Source: an uncultured Myxococcales bacterium
GTDB taxonomy: Bacteria > Myxococcota_A > Polyangia > Palsa-1104 > JAEUJZ01
DNA: 64,000 bases
NCBI GenBank assembly: GCA_964460115.1
Contig: CAYWPR010000001.1
Location: forward strand, 120,829-184,828
Reading direction: 5' to 3'
Below the pieces are notes generated by a model. That model had not been told where the DNA came from. It saw only the letters and a program-made list of their open reading frames with translations, and did not search any database. The translations under genes and the position numbers were made by a program. Shown piece by piece: positions 55,026 to 64,000 of the stretch; position 1 is the stretch's first letter, and the number at the start of each line of letters is the position of its first letter.

Positions 55026-57340
55026 CGCGGTCTCCGCCCAAGTCCCGACAATGTACGGCGATGCAAAAGTGTCAGCAGGATTGTCAGCGAAATCAGCGTC
55101 CAAAATGGTACGCGCGCAGAGGGCGCATGCATTTGGCACAGACAGGCATTTTCATAAGGAAAACTTGCTGGATCGGAATTCGCGGAGTTGTCATTTTTGC
55201 CGCCGTTTTCGCCATCGCGAGCGCACACGTAAGGACGACCGCTTGACTGGTTGCCGGCTCCGTCTCCGCAGTGATTGGGTTCAATCAGGCCCGAGCGGTC
55301 CAAAAGAGTCAGCACATAAGCGCCACCGCCATAGCCCACCATGGGAATGCTTCCGGTGTACTTTCCAATGGCCCCATCGGCGCGCACCGCGTTGTAAAGC
55401 TCGGGCAATAAATAAAAATTAGCGGCGGCTTTGTCGACGACAAGTTGCAGCAGGTTTTGGCTGCTTGATTCGCGAGAGGCGCGCCAAAACGCATCGGACA
55501 TGCGCAAGTCGATGAGAATCCATTCATTGTTGTCATAACTCGACAGACCATCGTCGTTGCGCTTAAAGCCGCCGCTGTCTATGCGCAATCGCTCTAGCAA
55601 ATCGAGGCTGGCTTGACTGCTGCGTCCGGCGTACTCCTTGTCGGAAAGGATGTTCCAGGTAAATGCTTCGACGACCGCCGCGTCCAAATACTGATTGATG
55701 CCAAGCTCTTCTATCGATCCGGCAATGGCGCCGTTCTGATCGAGAAAAAGATTCCAAAAGGCGCTGCGCGCTTTTTGCGACAGGTTGGAGTAACTAGTCA
55801 CCGTGTCGTTACGGCCTAGGATTTTGGCCGTTGCCGCCAAATCGCAAAAGCCGCGAATGGCCGCCAGCGTCGTGTAGGCATAATGCTTTTTGTTTTGCTG
55901 ATGCACTTCCCAAATCGAAGAGTCTTCTTGCACCACGCCGCTTGTTTCCAAATTGGCGCTTAGCGGCTGCGCCACGCCGCTTAGGATGGTGTCCCAAACG
56001 CTGACACCGCTTGGCAAACGGCTGCTTAACCAAGCGACGTCGGACGACGCTTCGATGTATTGTCGAACTCCCCACAGAAACATGCCCCAACCGTCGAGTT
56101 CAATGTTCGGAGTCGGCTGTCCGGAATAATCGGCCTCTTCCTCGCCGTTGCCGAAGTAGCGCACAACGGAAATGCGATAGTCGGTGTTTTTGACAAAAGA
56201 CTTGAACTTGCCGACTGGACCGGCGTTTAGAAAAAATTCCAAAGCCATTTTCGCTTCGTCAAAATGGCCCATGCGCGCCAGTGCAACGATGGCGTACATG
56301 GCATCGCGCACCCAGCCGGTGTGCCATTCGCCGACCGGCAGACTGGCCAACATCATTCCATGGTTTTTGCGCGTGGCGGTGTACGGCTCGCGCACTTGGC
56401 CCATGCGCAAAATGGCTTCGCTTTGTTGCCAAAGACGTTTTTCGTCATCGCTGCACAGCGCCAAAGTCGCTGGCGGCGGCTTGCGCCAGGTTCGCCATTC
56501 GGCAAGCGCGGTCTGCAAAAGCTCGGGCGGCGCGCGGTTTCCAACAAAATTGCGCAGCGACTGCGCCGCCGTAGCGGCAGCGCTGGAATTTTCGACGTAA
56601 ATCATGGCGACGGCAAACCAGCCGTCCATAAGCTCTGCCTGAAACGCCGGCACGATGTTGTCGCCAGTGCATTCCGGATGATCGACCAGCGGCTGACCGT
56701 TTTTGACTTTGTTATAGACATCCTGACAATCGGCATATCGAAGCGGCGTCAGCGGCAGATAAACCATGGCCCCGCCGCCGGGTCCGGTCTCGACGAAAAA
56801 CGGAGTTTCGGAAGTGTCGCGGCGCAGAGATTCGCCACTTGTGTCGGGTTGGCCAGAAACGACTGCGCCCATGTGAAAGTTAAACAGCGCAAATCCATCG
56901 CTGGCGGCTGGCGCGTGCAATAGCGCGAGCATGGCGTTGCCCTCATACCCAAATGGCGCAAAATAGTAAGTATCTGCCGAAATTCCGGCCAAATTCACCG
57001 GAGCTCGAATGATATTTGTCTGCTCTACATATTCGGGCTCACCAGCCGTGCCCTCGCTAAGCCAGCCGCTGCCGCCAGACGTGCGCAGTCCGAAATAAAA
57101 ATCGTAAAGCAAATTGCGCCGCCCGACGCCGTCGCCGCTGGGATCGGCACTTGGACGAAGATAGCGATAAGGATGTTCCAGAAAATAGGTCAGCTTGTTT
57201 TGGCTTAGATCGTAGACTTGAAAACCGTGACCATTGCCGGTGGTCAGGTAACTCCAAGTGCGCGACGTTTTTGCACATTGCCCAGCGCTGGCAAACGCAA
57301 TCACGCCCAAAAGCGCCGTAACCAAGCAGCCTCGAATCAT
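55022..57340 (-). CDS. secreted glycoside hydrolase family 15-like (glucoamylase/glucodextranase/trehalase-like (alpha/alpha)6 barrel) with C-terminal Cys + TM + basic tail
   Basis: Signal peptide present. HTGWVRDAMYAIVALARMGHFDEAKMALEFF, DGWGMFLWG and NEWILIDLRMSDAFW are typical of GH15-like catalytic domains. C-terminal ...CLCQMHAPSARVPFWTLISLTILLTLLHRRTLSGLGRRPR. Confidence 0.65.
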   Translation of the reverse strand: MIRGCLVTALLGVIAFASAGQCAKTSRTWSYLTTGNGHGFQVYDLSQNKLTYFLEHPYRYLRPSADPSGDGVGRRNLLYDFYFGLRTSGGSGWLSEGTAGEPEYVEQTNIIRAPVNLAGISADTYYFAPFGYEGNAMLALLHAPAASDGFALFNFHMGAVVSGQPDTSGESLRRDTSETPFFVETGPGGGAMVYLPLTPLRYADCQDVYNKVKNGQPLVDHPECTGDNIVPAFQAELMDGWFAVAMIYVENSSAAATAAQSLRNFVGNRAPPELLQTALAEWRTWRKPPPATLALCSDDEKRLWQQSEAILRMGQVREPYTATRKNHGMMLASLPVGEWHTGWVRDAMYAIVALARMGHFDEAKMALEFFLNAGPVGKFKSFVKNTDYRISVVRYFGNGEEEADYSGQPTPNIELDGWGMFLWGVRQYIEASSDVAWLSSRLPSGVSVWDTILSGVAQPLSANLETSGVVQEDSSIWEVHQQNKKHYAYTTLAAIRGFCDLAATAKILGRNDTVTSYSNLSQKARSAFWNLFLDQNGAIAGSIEELGINQYLDAAVVEAFTWNILSDKEYAGRSSQASLDLLERLRIDSGGFKRNDDGLSSYDNNEWILIDLRMSDAFWRASRESSSQNLLQLVVDKAAANFYLLPELYNAVRADGAIGKYTGSIPMVGYGGGAYVLTLLDRSGLIEPNHCGDGAGNQSSGRPYVCARDGENGGKNDNSANSDPASFPYENACLCQMHAPSARVPFWTLISLTILLTLLHRRTLSGLGRRPR

Positions 57341-57366
57341 CGGGCGCGACGCTAGCGCGCTGGCAC

Positions 57367-58764
57367 TTAGGATGTCAACGCCGTCGAAAACGGCGCAGCA
57401 TGCTCGGCCGTCGCGGATTTTTCATCCGATTCGTTGTCATCGAAGGCTTCCAGCCGGTCGAGCAGCGCCGCGGGAAGTTCCCTTTTGCCTTTGACGCCAA
57501 GTTGCCGCAATGCCTCGGCCCGTTTTTTCAAATTGCCGCGGCCGGTGTGCAGGCGTTTCAAAGTGTCCTCAAAGGCGATTTGCGCCTGGCCAAGGTGCCG
57601 TCCAAGCGCAAGCAGCGATTCCAGCGACAAGGCCATTTGATCCCACAGCTCGGCAGCGCGGCGGGCGATTTCTTCGGCGTTTTTGCTTTGTCGCTCGACG
57701 CGCCAGATTCCTTCAATGGTTCGCAAAGTCGCCAGCAAAGTACTAGGCCCGACGATGATGATCTTACGACGGTAGGCATCGGTAAAAAGTGCGGAATCCT
57801 GTTGCAGGACAAGCAGCAGCGCCGGTTCAATCGGCACAAATAGGAGTACGAAGTCAATGGCTTGTCCGGCCAGCAAAGCCGCATAATCCTTTTCCGCCAA
57901 ATCGCTGATGTGGCCGCGCAGCGAACTGATATGCGCTGAAACTGCGGCTTGGCGCACCGCATCATCTTCGCTGCTGCAGTATTCCAAATAGGCATTTAGC
58001 GAGACTTTGGAATCAATAATCACATCGCGCTTGTCGGGAAGGTGAATGATGACATCGGGCACGCGACGCTTTCCGTCGTCGCTGCGCAATGATTTTTGCA
58101 ATTCATATTCGGTGCCGTGCACAAGTCCCGAAGCTTCCAGCAAAGTGGTCAAAGTTTGCTCGCCCCAAGCTCCGCGTAGTTGACTTTGGCCTTTTAAAGC
58201 CTGCGTCAGATTCAAAGCTTGCTGTCCCAAAGTTTGATTCAGATGTTGCAACTGCTGAACCTGCGCCAAAAGCAGACTGCGATCTTTGGAATCCTGCAAA
58301 TAGACTCCTTCGACGGTCTTTTTGAAGTCGAAAAGTTGCTCGCGCAAGGGAGTCAAAGTGGCATCGAAAAGCTTTTGCGAATGCTGGCTAAGTTTCTCGG
58401 TTTTCTCTTCAAAAATTTGCTGCGAAAGCTGTTTGAATTCGGCGCGCAATTCGCTGCGCGCATCGCTGAGCAAGCGCATCCGTTCGCCCTCAAAATGCTG
58501 CGCCTCGGTCGCTTGGGTTTTTTGCGCAACTAGCTCTAGCTCGACTTCGCGCAGCCGAGCCAAAAGCTGTTGCGCATGTGCTTCCTGATTCTGAATATGC
58601 TGACGCAGCCGCGCAATTTCGCGCTCTTGTTCCAGTTGCAGAGTTTGCAGGGTCGCTTGCTGGCTGGCGACTTGAATGCGTTCCAGGTTGCGACCCACGA
58701 AAAACCCAAGGGCGCAAGCTACGCCGCAAGCAAGAATCAGCAACAAGATCGCAGAGGTGGCCAT
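57367..58764 (-). CDS. rmuC: DNA recombination protein RmuC
   Basis: N-terminal TM helix, long coiled coil, then LRGAWGEQTLTTLLEASGL...PDVIIHLPDKRDVIIDSKVSL. Confidence 0.85.
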   Translation of the reverse strand: MATSAILLLILACGVACALGFFVGRNLERIQVASQQATLQTLQLEQEREIARLRQHIQNQEAHAQQLLARLREVELELVAQKTQATEAQHFEGERMRLLSDARSELRAEFKQLSQQIFEEKTEKLSQHSQKLFDATLTPLREQLFDFKKTVEGVYLQDSKDRSLLLAQVQQLQHLNQTLGQQALNLTQALKGQSQLRGAWGEQTLTTLLEASGLVHGTEYELQKSLRSDDGKRRVPDVIIHLPDKRDVIIDSKVSLNAYLEYCSSEDDAVRQAAVSAHISSLRGHISDLAEKDYAALLAGQAIDFVLLFVPIEPALLLVLQQDSALFTDAYRRKIIIVGPSTLLATLRTIEGIWRVERQSKNAEEIARRAAELWDQMALSLESLLALGRHLGQAQIAFEDTLKRLHTGRGNLKKRAEALRQLGVKGKRELPAALLDRLEAFDDNESDEKSATAEHAAPFSTALTS

Positions 58765-58810
58765 TGGCTGTGCTGCTTATAGCAGGTGCCAATGACAAGC
58801 GCTTTGCGAA

Positions 58811-59173
58811 TCAGGACTTGGGAACAAAGCGCATCGACAGCGAATTGACGCAGTGACGCGTATTTTTTGCGGTCAGGCGTTCGCCGACAAATACGTGTCC
58901 AAGGTGTCCGCTGCACGCGGCACATTGAATTTCGACGCGCCGACCATCGGCGTCGGGCAACTGTTTCACGGCGCCGGAAATCGCGGCGTCAAAACTCGGC
59001 CAACCGCAGCCGCTTTTAAACTTGCTGTCCGATTGATAAAGTGGGGCGTTGCAGCGCCGGCAAATATACGTTCCTTCGACGTAGAAATCATCGTATTCGC
59101 CGCTATAGGGCCGCTCGGTCCCTTTGTCTTCGATGATGTGCTTCTCGATAGCCGTTAGCTTGTTCCACGCCAT
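58811..59173 (-). CDS. msrB: peptide-methionine (R)-S-oxide reductase
   Basis: CxxC...CxxC zinc site, GCGWPSF and RHCVNS catalytic Cys. Confidence 0.9.
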   Translation of the reverse strand: MAWNKLTAIEKHIIEDKGTERPYSGEYDDFYVEGTYICRRCNAPLYQSDSKFKSGCGWPSFDAAISGAVKQLPDADGRRVEIQCAACSGHLGHVFVGERLTAKNTRHCVNSLSMRFVPKS

Positions 59174-59220
59174 GGCGCAATTTTGGTACGAAAGCGCCGT
59201 CTAGACAAGTCGCGAGCCGC

Positions 59221-60810
59221 TTAGGGTTGCAAGTACGCGTCGGGCGCGTTCATTTTTGGCGCCAGAATCAAACCAATCGAGGGATGAAAGCGCGGGCGCA
59301 AAAGATGCATGGTCTTCGGCCAGGTTTTTAAAACCAGCGCCGGCTTCAGATAGAAAAAGCGCAGCCCCTCGCGCCAGGCGGCGGCGCGAAAAAGCTGCCC
59401 ATCCTGCGCCAAAAAACCGAGCATTCCGTACAGCGTCAAAAGCGCGATAAGCTGCACTCCGATAAATATTCCCAAAAGCCGTACGGCATAGCTGCCGCAC
59501 ACATCTTGAAATACATCGAAGGCGACCGCGCGGTGCTCGAGCTCTTCATAACAGTGCCATTCGATCATTTGCCGCGCCGCCGAATCGAGGTCGTGCAAAA
59601 TTCCGTCAAACAGCACGGCTTCGGCGACACAAGCGGTAAAATGCTCGATGGCGACGGTCACCGCCATATTCAGGTTGGGACTAAGCAGCCGCGGCAGGAC
59701 AGTCTGGCCGATCCACCGACATAGACGATCCAAGCGCTCCAGACGATATCCCAAGCGGTGCAGTTGCGTCGAAAAGCGCCGATGTTCGGCGGCGTGGTGC
59801 GCTTCCTGATCTACAAACCAATCGGTTTGCTCGCGCAAAAGCGGCGTGCTCAGTCGGTTTTTGACGCGGCGTATGTTGGCAATCATGTAGCGCTCGCCGT
59901 GAGCGACAACAATGTGCAAAGCGTTGACGAAATGATTTTTCACCGGGTGGCGCAGAAAATTCGCACGCTCTAGCTGACATATGTCTTGTGGGTTTGGAGG
60001 TCCCGCCCACTCGGGCGCAAACGATAGCACTTTGGTCACAGGCTGGGTCTTAGCGCCGCCGCGCAGAAGCGCCAGAACCACCGGAATGCCCATTCCCAAA
60101 AGGGCACCCATGCGCACCGCAAACATTCCAATCGCGACATAGTATAAAGCCACTGCGCCATAGGCCAAAGTCGGCCAAATTCCATCTTTGTCGAGCTGGT
60201 GGCTTTTGGGAAAAAGGACCGCATCAAAGATTGCGACGACGAGGGAACTGCCCAAAAACCACGCCGCGTAGTTTTCAATCGGAACTTGTGACCATGCTGG
60301 AGTGCCGCTCGTCCAGCGCCATAGTCCCACGGCGACCGCCGTTGGATCCATGGCTGTATCCCAAGCGGTCATGCAAAGGCCGCCGATGGCTGCGACCAAA
60401 ATTCGCGGCAGGATGCGCCCCGCGTGCTGGCCGACGATGCGCCGCGCCATCACATAGCTTGGGTACATCATCATAAACCACATGCACGGAACGACGAGCA
60501 TCACGAAGTTTGGCGGCAGCGGAGCCCAGCGCGACGGCACGTAGGAATAGTGCGCCCCAAAAAGTCCAAAATGCGTTCCCCAAAGCTCGGCGCTTAGCGT
60601 AATGACGTAGGTCAGGGCAAAAAGCAGCGCTGCGCGTTTGCGGCCAAAACGCAGCGTCGCGGAACTCAAGCTAAAGGGCAAAAGAAAAACATAAACAAAG
60701 GGCGGTCCATTTTCGGAAATGATGCGCAGGACTCCCAGCATCAACGCAAAAAGGTGCAGCCCCCAAAAAAGGACGACGAGCCGACGAAGCTGTGGCGTAG
60801 TCACGGACAT
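59221..60810 (-). CDS. fusion protein: N-terminal carotenoid-biosynthesis-type membrane domain (DUF422/PF04240-like) + C-terminal predicted metal-dependent hydrolase (PF10118-like)
   Basis: The N-terminal half is polytopic membrane (VPCMWFMMMYPSYV...). The C-terminal half has HHAAEHRRF...EHFTACVAE...WHCYEELEHRAVAFDVFQDV, a His/Glu-rich four-helix-bundle motif typical of PF10118. Confidence 0.55.
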   Translation of the reverse strand: MSVTTPQLRRLVVLFWGLHLFALMLGVLRIISENGPPFVYVFLLPFSLSSATLRFGRKRAALLFALTYVITLSAELWGTHFGLFGAHYSYVPSRWAPLPPNFVMLVVPCMWFMMMYPSYVMARRIVGQHAGRILPRILVAAIGGLCMTAWDTAMDPTAVAVGLWRWTSGTPAWSQVPIENYAAWFLGSSLVVAIFDAVLFPKSHQLDKDGIWPTLAYGAVALYYVAIGMFAVRMGALLGMGIPVVLALLRGGAKTQPVTKVLSFAPEWAGPPNPQDICQLERANFLRHPVKNHFVNALHIVVAHGERYMIANIRRVKNRLSTPLLREQTDWFVDQEAHHAAEHRRFSTQLHRLGYRLERLDRLCRWIGQTVLPRLLSPNLNMAVTVAIEHFTACVAEAVLFDGILHDLDSAARQMIEWHCYEELEHRAVAFDVFQDVCGSYAVRLLGIFIGVQLIALLTLYGMLGFLAQDGQLFRAAAWREGLRFFYLKPALVLKTWPKTMHLLRPRFHPSIGLILAPKMNAPDAYLQP

Positions 60811-61922
60811 TCCTTTTTCGCCGGGCCCGGTGCGTGAAAACTGGCATAGGCAAAGCCCTCGTTCTTGGTGTACCAGTCCTGCCAGCGCTCGATGGAATTG
60901 TAGGTGGAAGCCACTTGCTTATAGCGCTGCACCCAGCTTGCATAGCCCTTGTGCACGGCCAGAGGCAGATCATTTTGCTGCGCATAGGCCAAAAGCGCCG
61001 GGCGCAGCATTTGCGAAAGCGCCGGCAAATCCCATCGCGACACTTGCGGATATAAATGATGCTCGATGTGATAGTTCAGATTGCAGATCAAAAACGCCAG
61101 CAGTCGATTGGTCTGAAAGGTTCTGGTCACGCAGATCTGGCGCTGCAAATACGGCAAATCGGACAGTCGAAAAGGAATCATCAGCGTATGCAGCGGCTTG
61201 GCCGATTTGTAGACAATGGCCAGTCCGGCAATCGCCGGCAGCACAAATGCGCACAAAAGCACTCGCAGATAAGCGCCGCGCTGCACTAGATAAAAAGTCA
61301 GCGGCCCCCAGACCACCAGCATCAGGGCCACATCGATGAGCGTATTTTGCAAAAGCGCTCGATCGGAATTGCCCACATTGCTCGCGCTGCCCGTATTGGC
61401 TGTACTTTTCGCATTGCTCAGGCACTGATTTCGCACCCAGCGGCCAAACTGCCCAAGCTGTAGGATCCATGTATATAGGAATGCATCGCCTGGGCTGTTG
61501 GCGATGCGCGCCAGCAGTCGGCCGGTCGGACGGAGGCCGGCATCTTCAAAGCTCAGGTGCAAAGCTTCCGGATCGTCTTCGACCAGTCCGGAACGGCGAT
61601 GATGCTGCAGGTGTTCGGCGCGCAAAAAATGAAACGGACAGCCGTAGTATGCACCGATGAGGCGCGCCACCCAGGTCTCTAGGCGGCGGTTGCCAAAAGC
61701 CGACTGGTGCATACAGTCATGAAACAGCAAAATCGCGTGTATATTTACCACGATCAAAAGCACCGTGCCGAGTAGCATGTACAGGGTTTTAGAAGCCGTC
61801 AGCACGCAATGAAAGCCAAACAAAAAGGAGCCCAGCAAGGCGCAGTCGTAAAGCAGCTCAAGACCGCGGCGCGGTTTATAGCGCAGACGCGGCAAGAGGG
61901 CCTCGGCTTCCAATTTCCTCAT
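60801..61922 (-). CDS. fatty acid desaturase family membrane protein (three His-boxes)
   Basis: HDCMH, HLQHHR and HIEHH boxes with polytopic TM topology. Confidence 0.8.
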   Translation of the reverse strand: MRKLEAEALLPRLRYKPRRGLELLYDCALLGSFLFGFHCVLTASKTLYMLLGTVLLIVVNIHAILLFHDCMHQSAFGNRRLETWVARLIGAYYGCPFHFLRAEHLQHHRRSGLVEDDPEALHLSFEDAGLRPTGRLLARIANSPGDAFLYTWILQLGQFGRWVRNQCLSNAKSTANTGSASNVGNSDRALLQNTLIDVALMLVVWGPLTFYLVQRGAYLRVLLCAFVLPAIAGLAIVYKSAKPLHTLMIPFRLSDLPYLQRQICVTRTFQTNRLLAFLICNLNYHIEHHLYPQVSRWDLPALSQMLRPALLAYAQQNDLPLAVHKGYASWVQRYKQVASTYNSIERWQDWYTKNEGFAYASFHAPGPAKKECP

Positions 61923-61926
61923 GGCT

Positions 61927-63354
61927 TCATCTTTCTAGGCGCGCGATGTGCAGTTTTACGCCGTCGCGCGGCATAAGGGTCACAAGTGCCTGCGGCTTCA
62001 GCACAAAATTCGGGTCGGCGCGCAGAGTAAATTTGCGCAAAAGCACGGCCAGGACGGTCTTTATCCATAAGCGCGCCATGGGCTCGCCGATGCAGGCGCG
62101 CGGCTGAATTCCAAAGGGCAGATACGCGGTCGCAGCTTCGTCGGACAAATTGCCATCCAAAAAGCGCTGCGGAAAAAACTCTTGCGGCTGCGCAAAAAAA
62201 TGCGGATGGCGATGCGTCAAGTAGGGCATACAGACGACCACCGAGCCTTGCGGAATGACGCATCCGCTGATGACGTCGTCCTTTTGTACATCGCGCAAAA
62301 TGATGGGAACCGCCGGAAACAAACGCAGCGACTCTGCAATGACGGCATCTAGGTAGGTCAGGCGTCCCAAGGCCGCAAGGTCGATGGGAGCGCTGCCCAG
62401 TACGTTTTCAAGTTCCTGCCTTAGGTCCGCCTGCACGTCCGGATGCTGCGATAAAAGATGCGCCGTAAACGCCAGCGAGTTGCTGGTGGTGTCATAGCTG
62501 GCCAAAAAAAAGGTCATCGCTTCATCGCGGATTTGCCGCTGCACAGAAGCAAGTGCCGCGCGATCCGCAAATTCCTGCGCGTGCATGGCAAAAAGCCGCT
62601 GCAAAAAACCCGGCGGTTCTGAAGAAGCCGAGGCGCGACTTTGCAAAAGGACATCCGCGAGCATTTCGTCCAAATTCGCAACAGCGCGGCGCAGCCGGCG
62701 ATTGGCCGGCATCGGCAGCCACAACGGCAACCGAACGAGCGCCGTCATGCGTTTTATCACCGCGGTCGAGGCCTGCAAAAGGGCGGCATCTAGCTCATGG
62801 CTGCGCGCGCTGGCGTCGATGCCAACCAGCGCCGAACTGGCGATGCGCAAAGTCAATTGCGCAAAATCTTGCGAAACCAGGCGCGGGCACTCCGCAACGC
62901 CGTGCAGCTTCGCGGTCCAGATTTCGGCAAGCGAATCGGCCGCGCGCGCCACCAGCGCCACATCCGCCTGCGCTGCCCGCGTCGTAAAAGCTGCGGCCAA
63001 GCGCCGACGCTGGGTCACCCAGGCGTCTTCGGATGCGGTCAAAAGTCCGTTGCCTATAAGCAGCCGCAATTCATCAAATGAGCGCCCCTTGTCGAAGTTT
63101 TTGCGACGGTCTTTAAACACATGACGCAGCGCCTGTGGATGTACCAAAATGAAATAGTCGCGAAACAGGGATAAGCGGACGATATCGCCGTATTGCTGAA
63201 ATAGCGCCGAAAGCTCGCCCAGCGGATCAGCGTGCAGCCGAGGCAGGCGCCGCAAAAGCTCGCTGCGGGTGGGGCCGGGTGCCGATCGCCGAAGGTCGCG
63301 CATGGTATGAAACTGCGCCCACGGGCGCAGCGGCCCACCATTGACCACATCCAC
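61927..63354 (-). CDS. cytochrome P450
   Basis: Heme-thiolate loop FGIQPRACIGEPMA and ExxR (ESLR). About 475 aa. Confidence 0.9.
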   Translation of the reverse strand: MDVVNGGPLRPWAQFHTMRDLRRSAPGPTRSELLRRLPRLHADPLGELSALFQQYGDIVRLSLFRDYFILVHPQALRHVFKDRRKNFDKGRSFDELRLLIGNGLLTASEDAWVTQRRRLAAAFTTRAAQADVALVARAADSLAEIWTAKLHGVAECPRLVSQDFAQLTLRIASSALVGIDASARSHELDAALLQASTAVIKRMTALVRLPLWLPMPANRRLRRAVANLDEMLADVLLQSRASASSEPPGFLQRLFAMHAQEFADRAALASVQRQIRDEAMTFFLASYDTTSNSLAFTAHLLSQHPDVQADLRQELENVLGSAPIDLAALGRLTYLDAVIAESLRLFPAVPIILRDVQKDDVISGCVIPQGSVVVCMPYLTHRHPHFFAQPQEFFPQRFLDGNLSDEAATAYLPFGIQPRACIGEPMARLWIKTVLAVLLRKFTLRADPNFVLKPQALVTLMPRDGVKLHIARLER

Positions 63355-63592
63355 CTAGATGGCGTCAAGCCCTTTTCTGGCTTGGCAAAGCGCCTTTCGG
63401 ATTTCGCGCCAGTGGCGCTACCGCCATATGCACCAAACTCGCATAGGCGTTTTGCAGAATGATTGACGCTTCGATTTGTTGAAAAGAGGCCAATAGCGCT
63501 GCTTATTTGACAGCTTGCACAGGCTCGATACGCTGCCCCAAATGTGGGCCCAGGCGCACAGAATCATGAATTTGGCCACCCGGGCCTTGGCA

Positions 63593-64000
63593 ATGTCGTT
63601 TTTCCTTTGGTTTGGCGGGCTTTGCGGCTGTGACCGCTATTCCGGGACAGTTCTGGCGCTGTCTATGGTTTGCCCGCAGGAAGTTTGCCAACCCGCCACG
63701 CCGCTGCCGCCAACTGCCCATCTCGAGCTATGGGCCAACGTCAACCGCGACGGAGTTCCTTTATACCTGCGGCTGCCGGCGCAAGTCGGCAGCGGTGATC
63801 CGGCGGCATTTAGCGGCTTTTCAGTGGTGCCGGCGGTCGATCCCAATGATCCCTGTTTAATACGCGGCCTCGATCGCGACGATCAAGTTTGCGCCAACGC
63901 CGAGGCCAAAACGCCCGAGGTCTGCGGCACGCAGCTCTTCAGCAAACCGGCGCAAATCGTGCCCGATGGCAGCACTGCGGACCTGGCCCAGCTTGGGCTG
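63593..64000 (+). CDS. possible lipoprotein, 5' partial-window ORF (runs off the 3' end of the window)
   Basis: ATG followed by MSFFLWFGGLCGC (a lipobox-like LCGC). Open frame of 136 codons to the window end with GC3-rich codons. Not in the ORF track because no stop is reached. Confidence 0.3.
   Translation, partial: MSFFLWFGGLCGCDRYSGTVLALSMVCPQEVCQPATPLPPTAHLELWANVNRDGVPLYLRLPAQVGSGDPAAFSGFSVVPAVDPNDPCLIRGLDRDDQVCANAEAKTPEVCGTQLFSKPAQIVPDGSTADLAQLGL

Overview
High-GC (~65-67%) bacterial chromosomal segment. It is gene-dense on both strands, with no CRISPR array or obvious mobile element. The gene content points to a myxobacterium-like deltaproteobacterium: a complete lower mevalonate-pathway operon (fni-mvk-mvaD-pmk-hmgR), an MJ0042 zinc-ribbon + GYF + TonB-C protein of GltJ/AgmX-like architecture, many two-component and Ser/Thr-kinase signalling genes, and secreted enzymes with Cys/TM/basic C-terminal tails. 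I call about 55 CDS and 3 tRNA genes, two of which the ORF track masks with spurious ORFs. Clear housekeeping genes include an RND efflux pump 3' fragment, gluQ, the complete glycine-cleavage operon gcvT-H-PA-PB, rpsT, glmU, ndk, hutI, rlmH, purA, hemW, rmuC and msrB. The less ordinary content is: (i) an orphan, full-length FlhA/SctV (FHIPEP) export-gate homolog with no flagellar or T3SS neighbours; (ii) a sensor-kinase module built from a flippase-like membrane protein, a periplasmic ABC_sub_bind-like protein, a 948-aa HAMP-GAF histidine kinase and a stand-alone receiver, where the kinase carries six in-frame 21-bp tandem repeats in the signalling helix just upstream of the H-box; (iii) a Ser/Thr kinase fused to a receiver domain; (iv) a DHp-only pseudo-histidine kinase (phospho-acceptor His replaced by Thr, no ATPase domain) in an operon with a poly-acidic-tail protein and a DUF1844 protein; (v) a deoxyhypusine-synthase-like gene; (vi) a secreted GH15-like hydrolase translationally coupled to an outer-membrane beta-barrel; and (vii) a DUF422::metal-hydrolase fusion, desaturase and P450 cluster. 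Hand-derived coordinates (tRNAs, trimmed starts) may be off by 1-2 nt; ORF-track coordinates are used otherwise.
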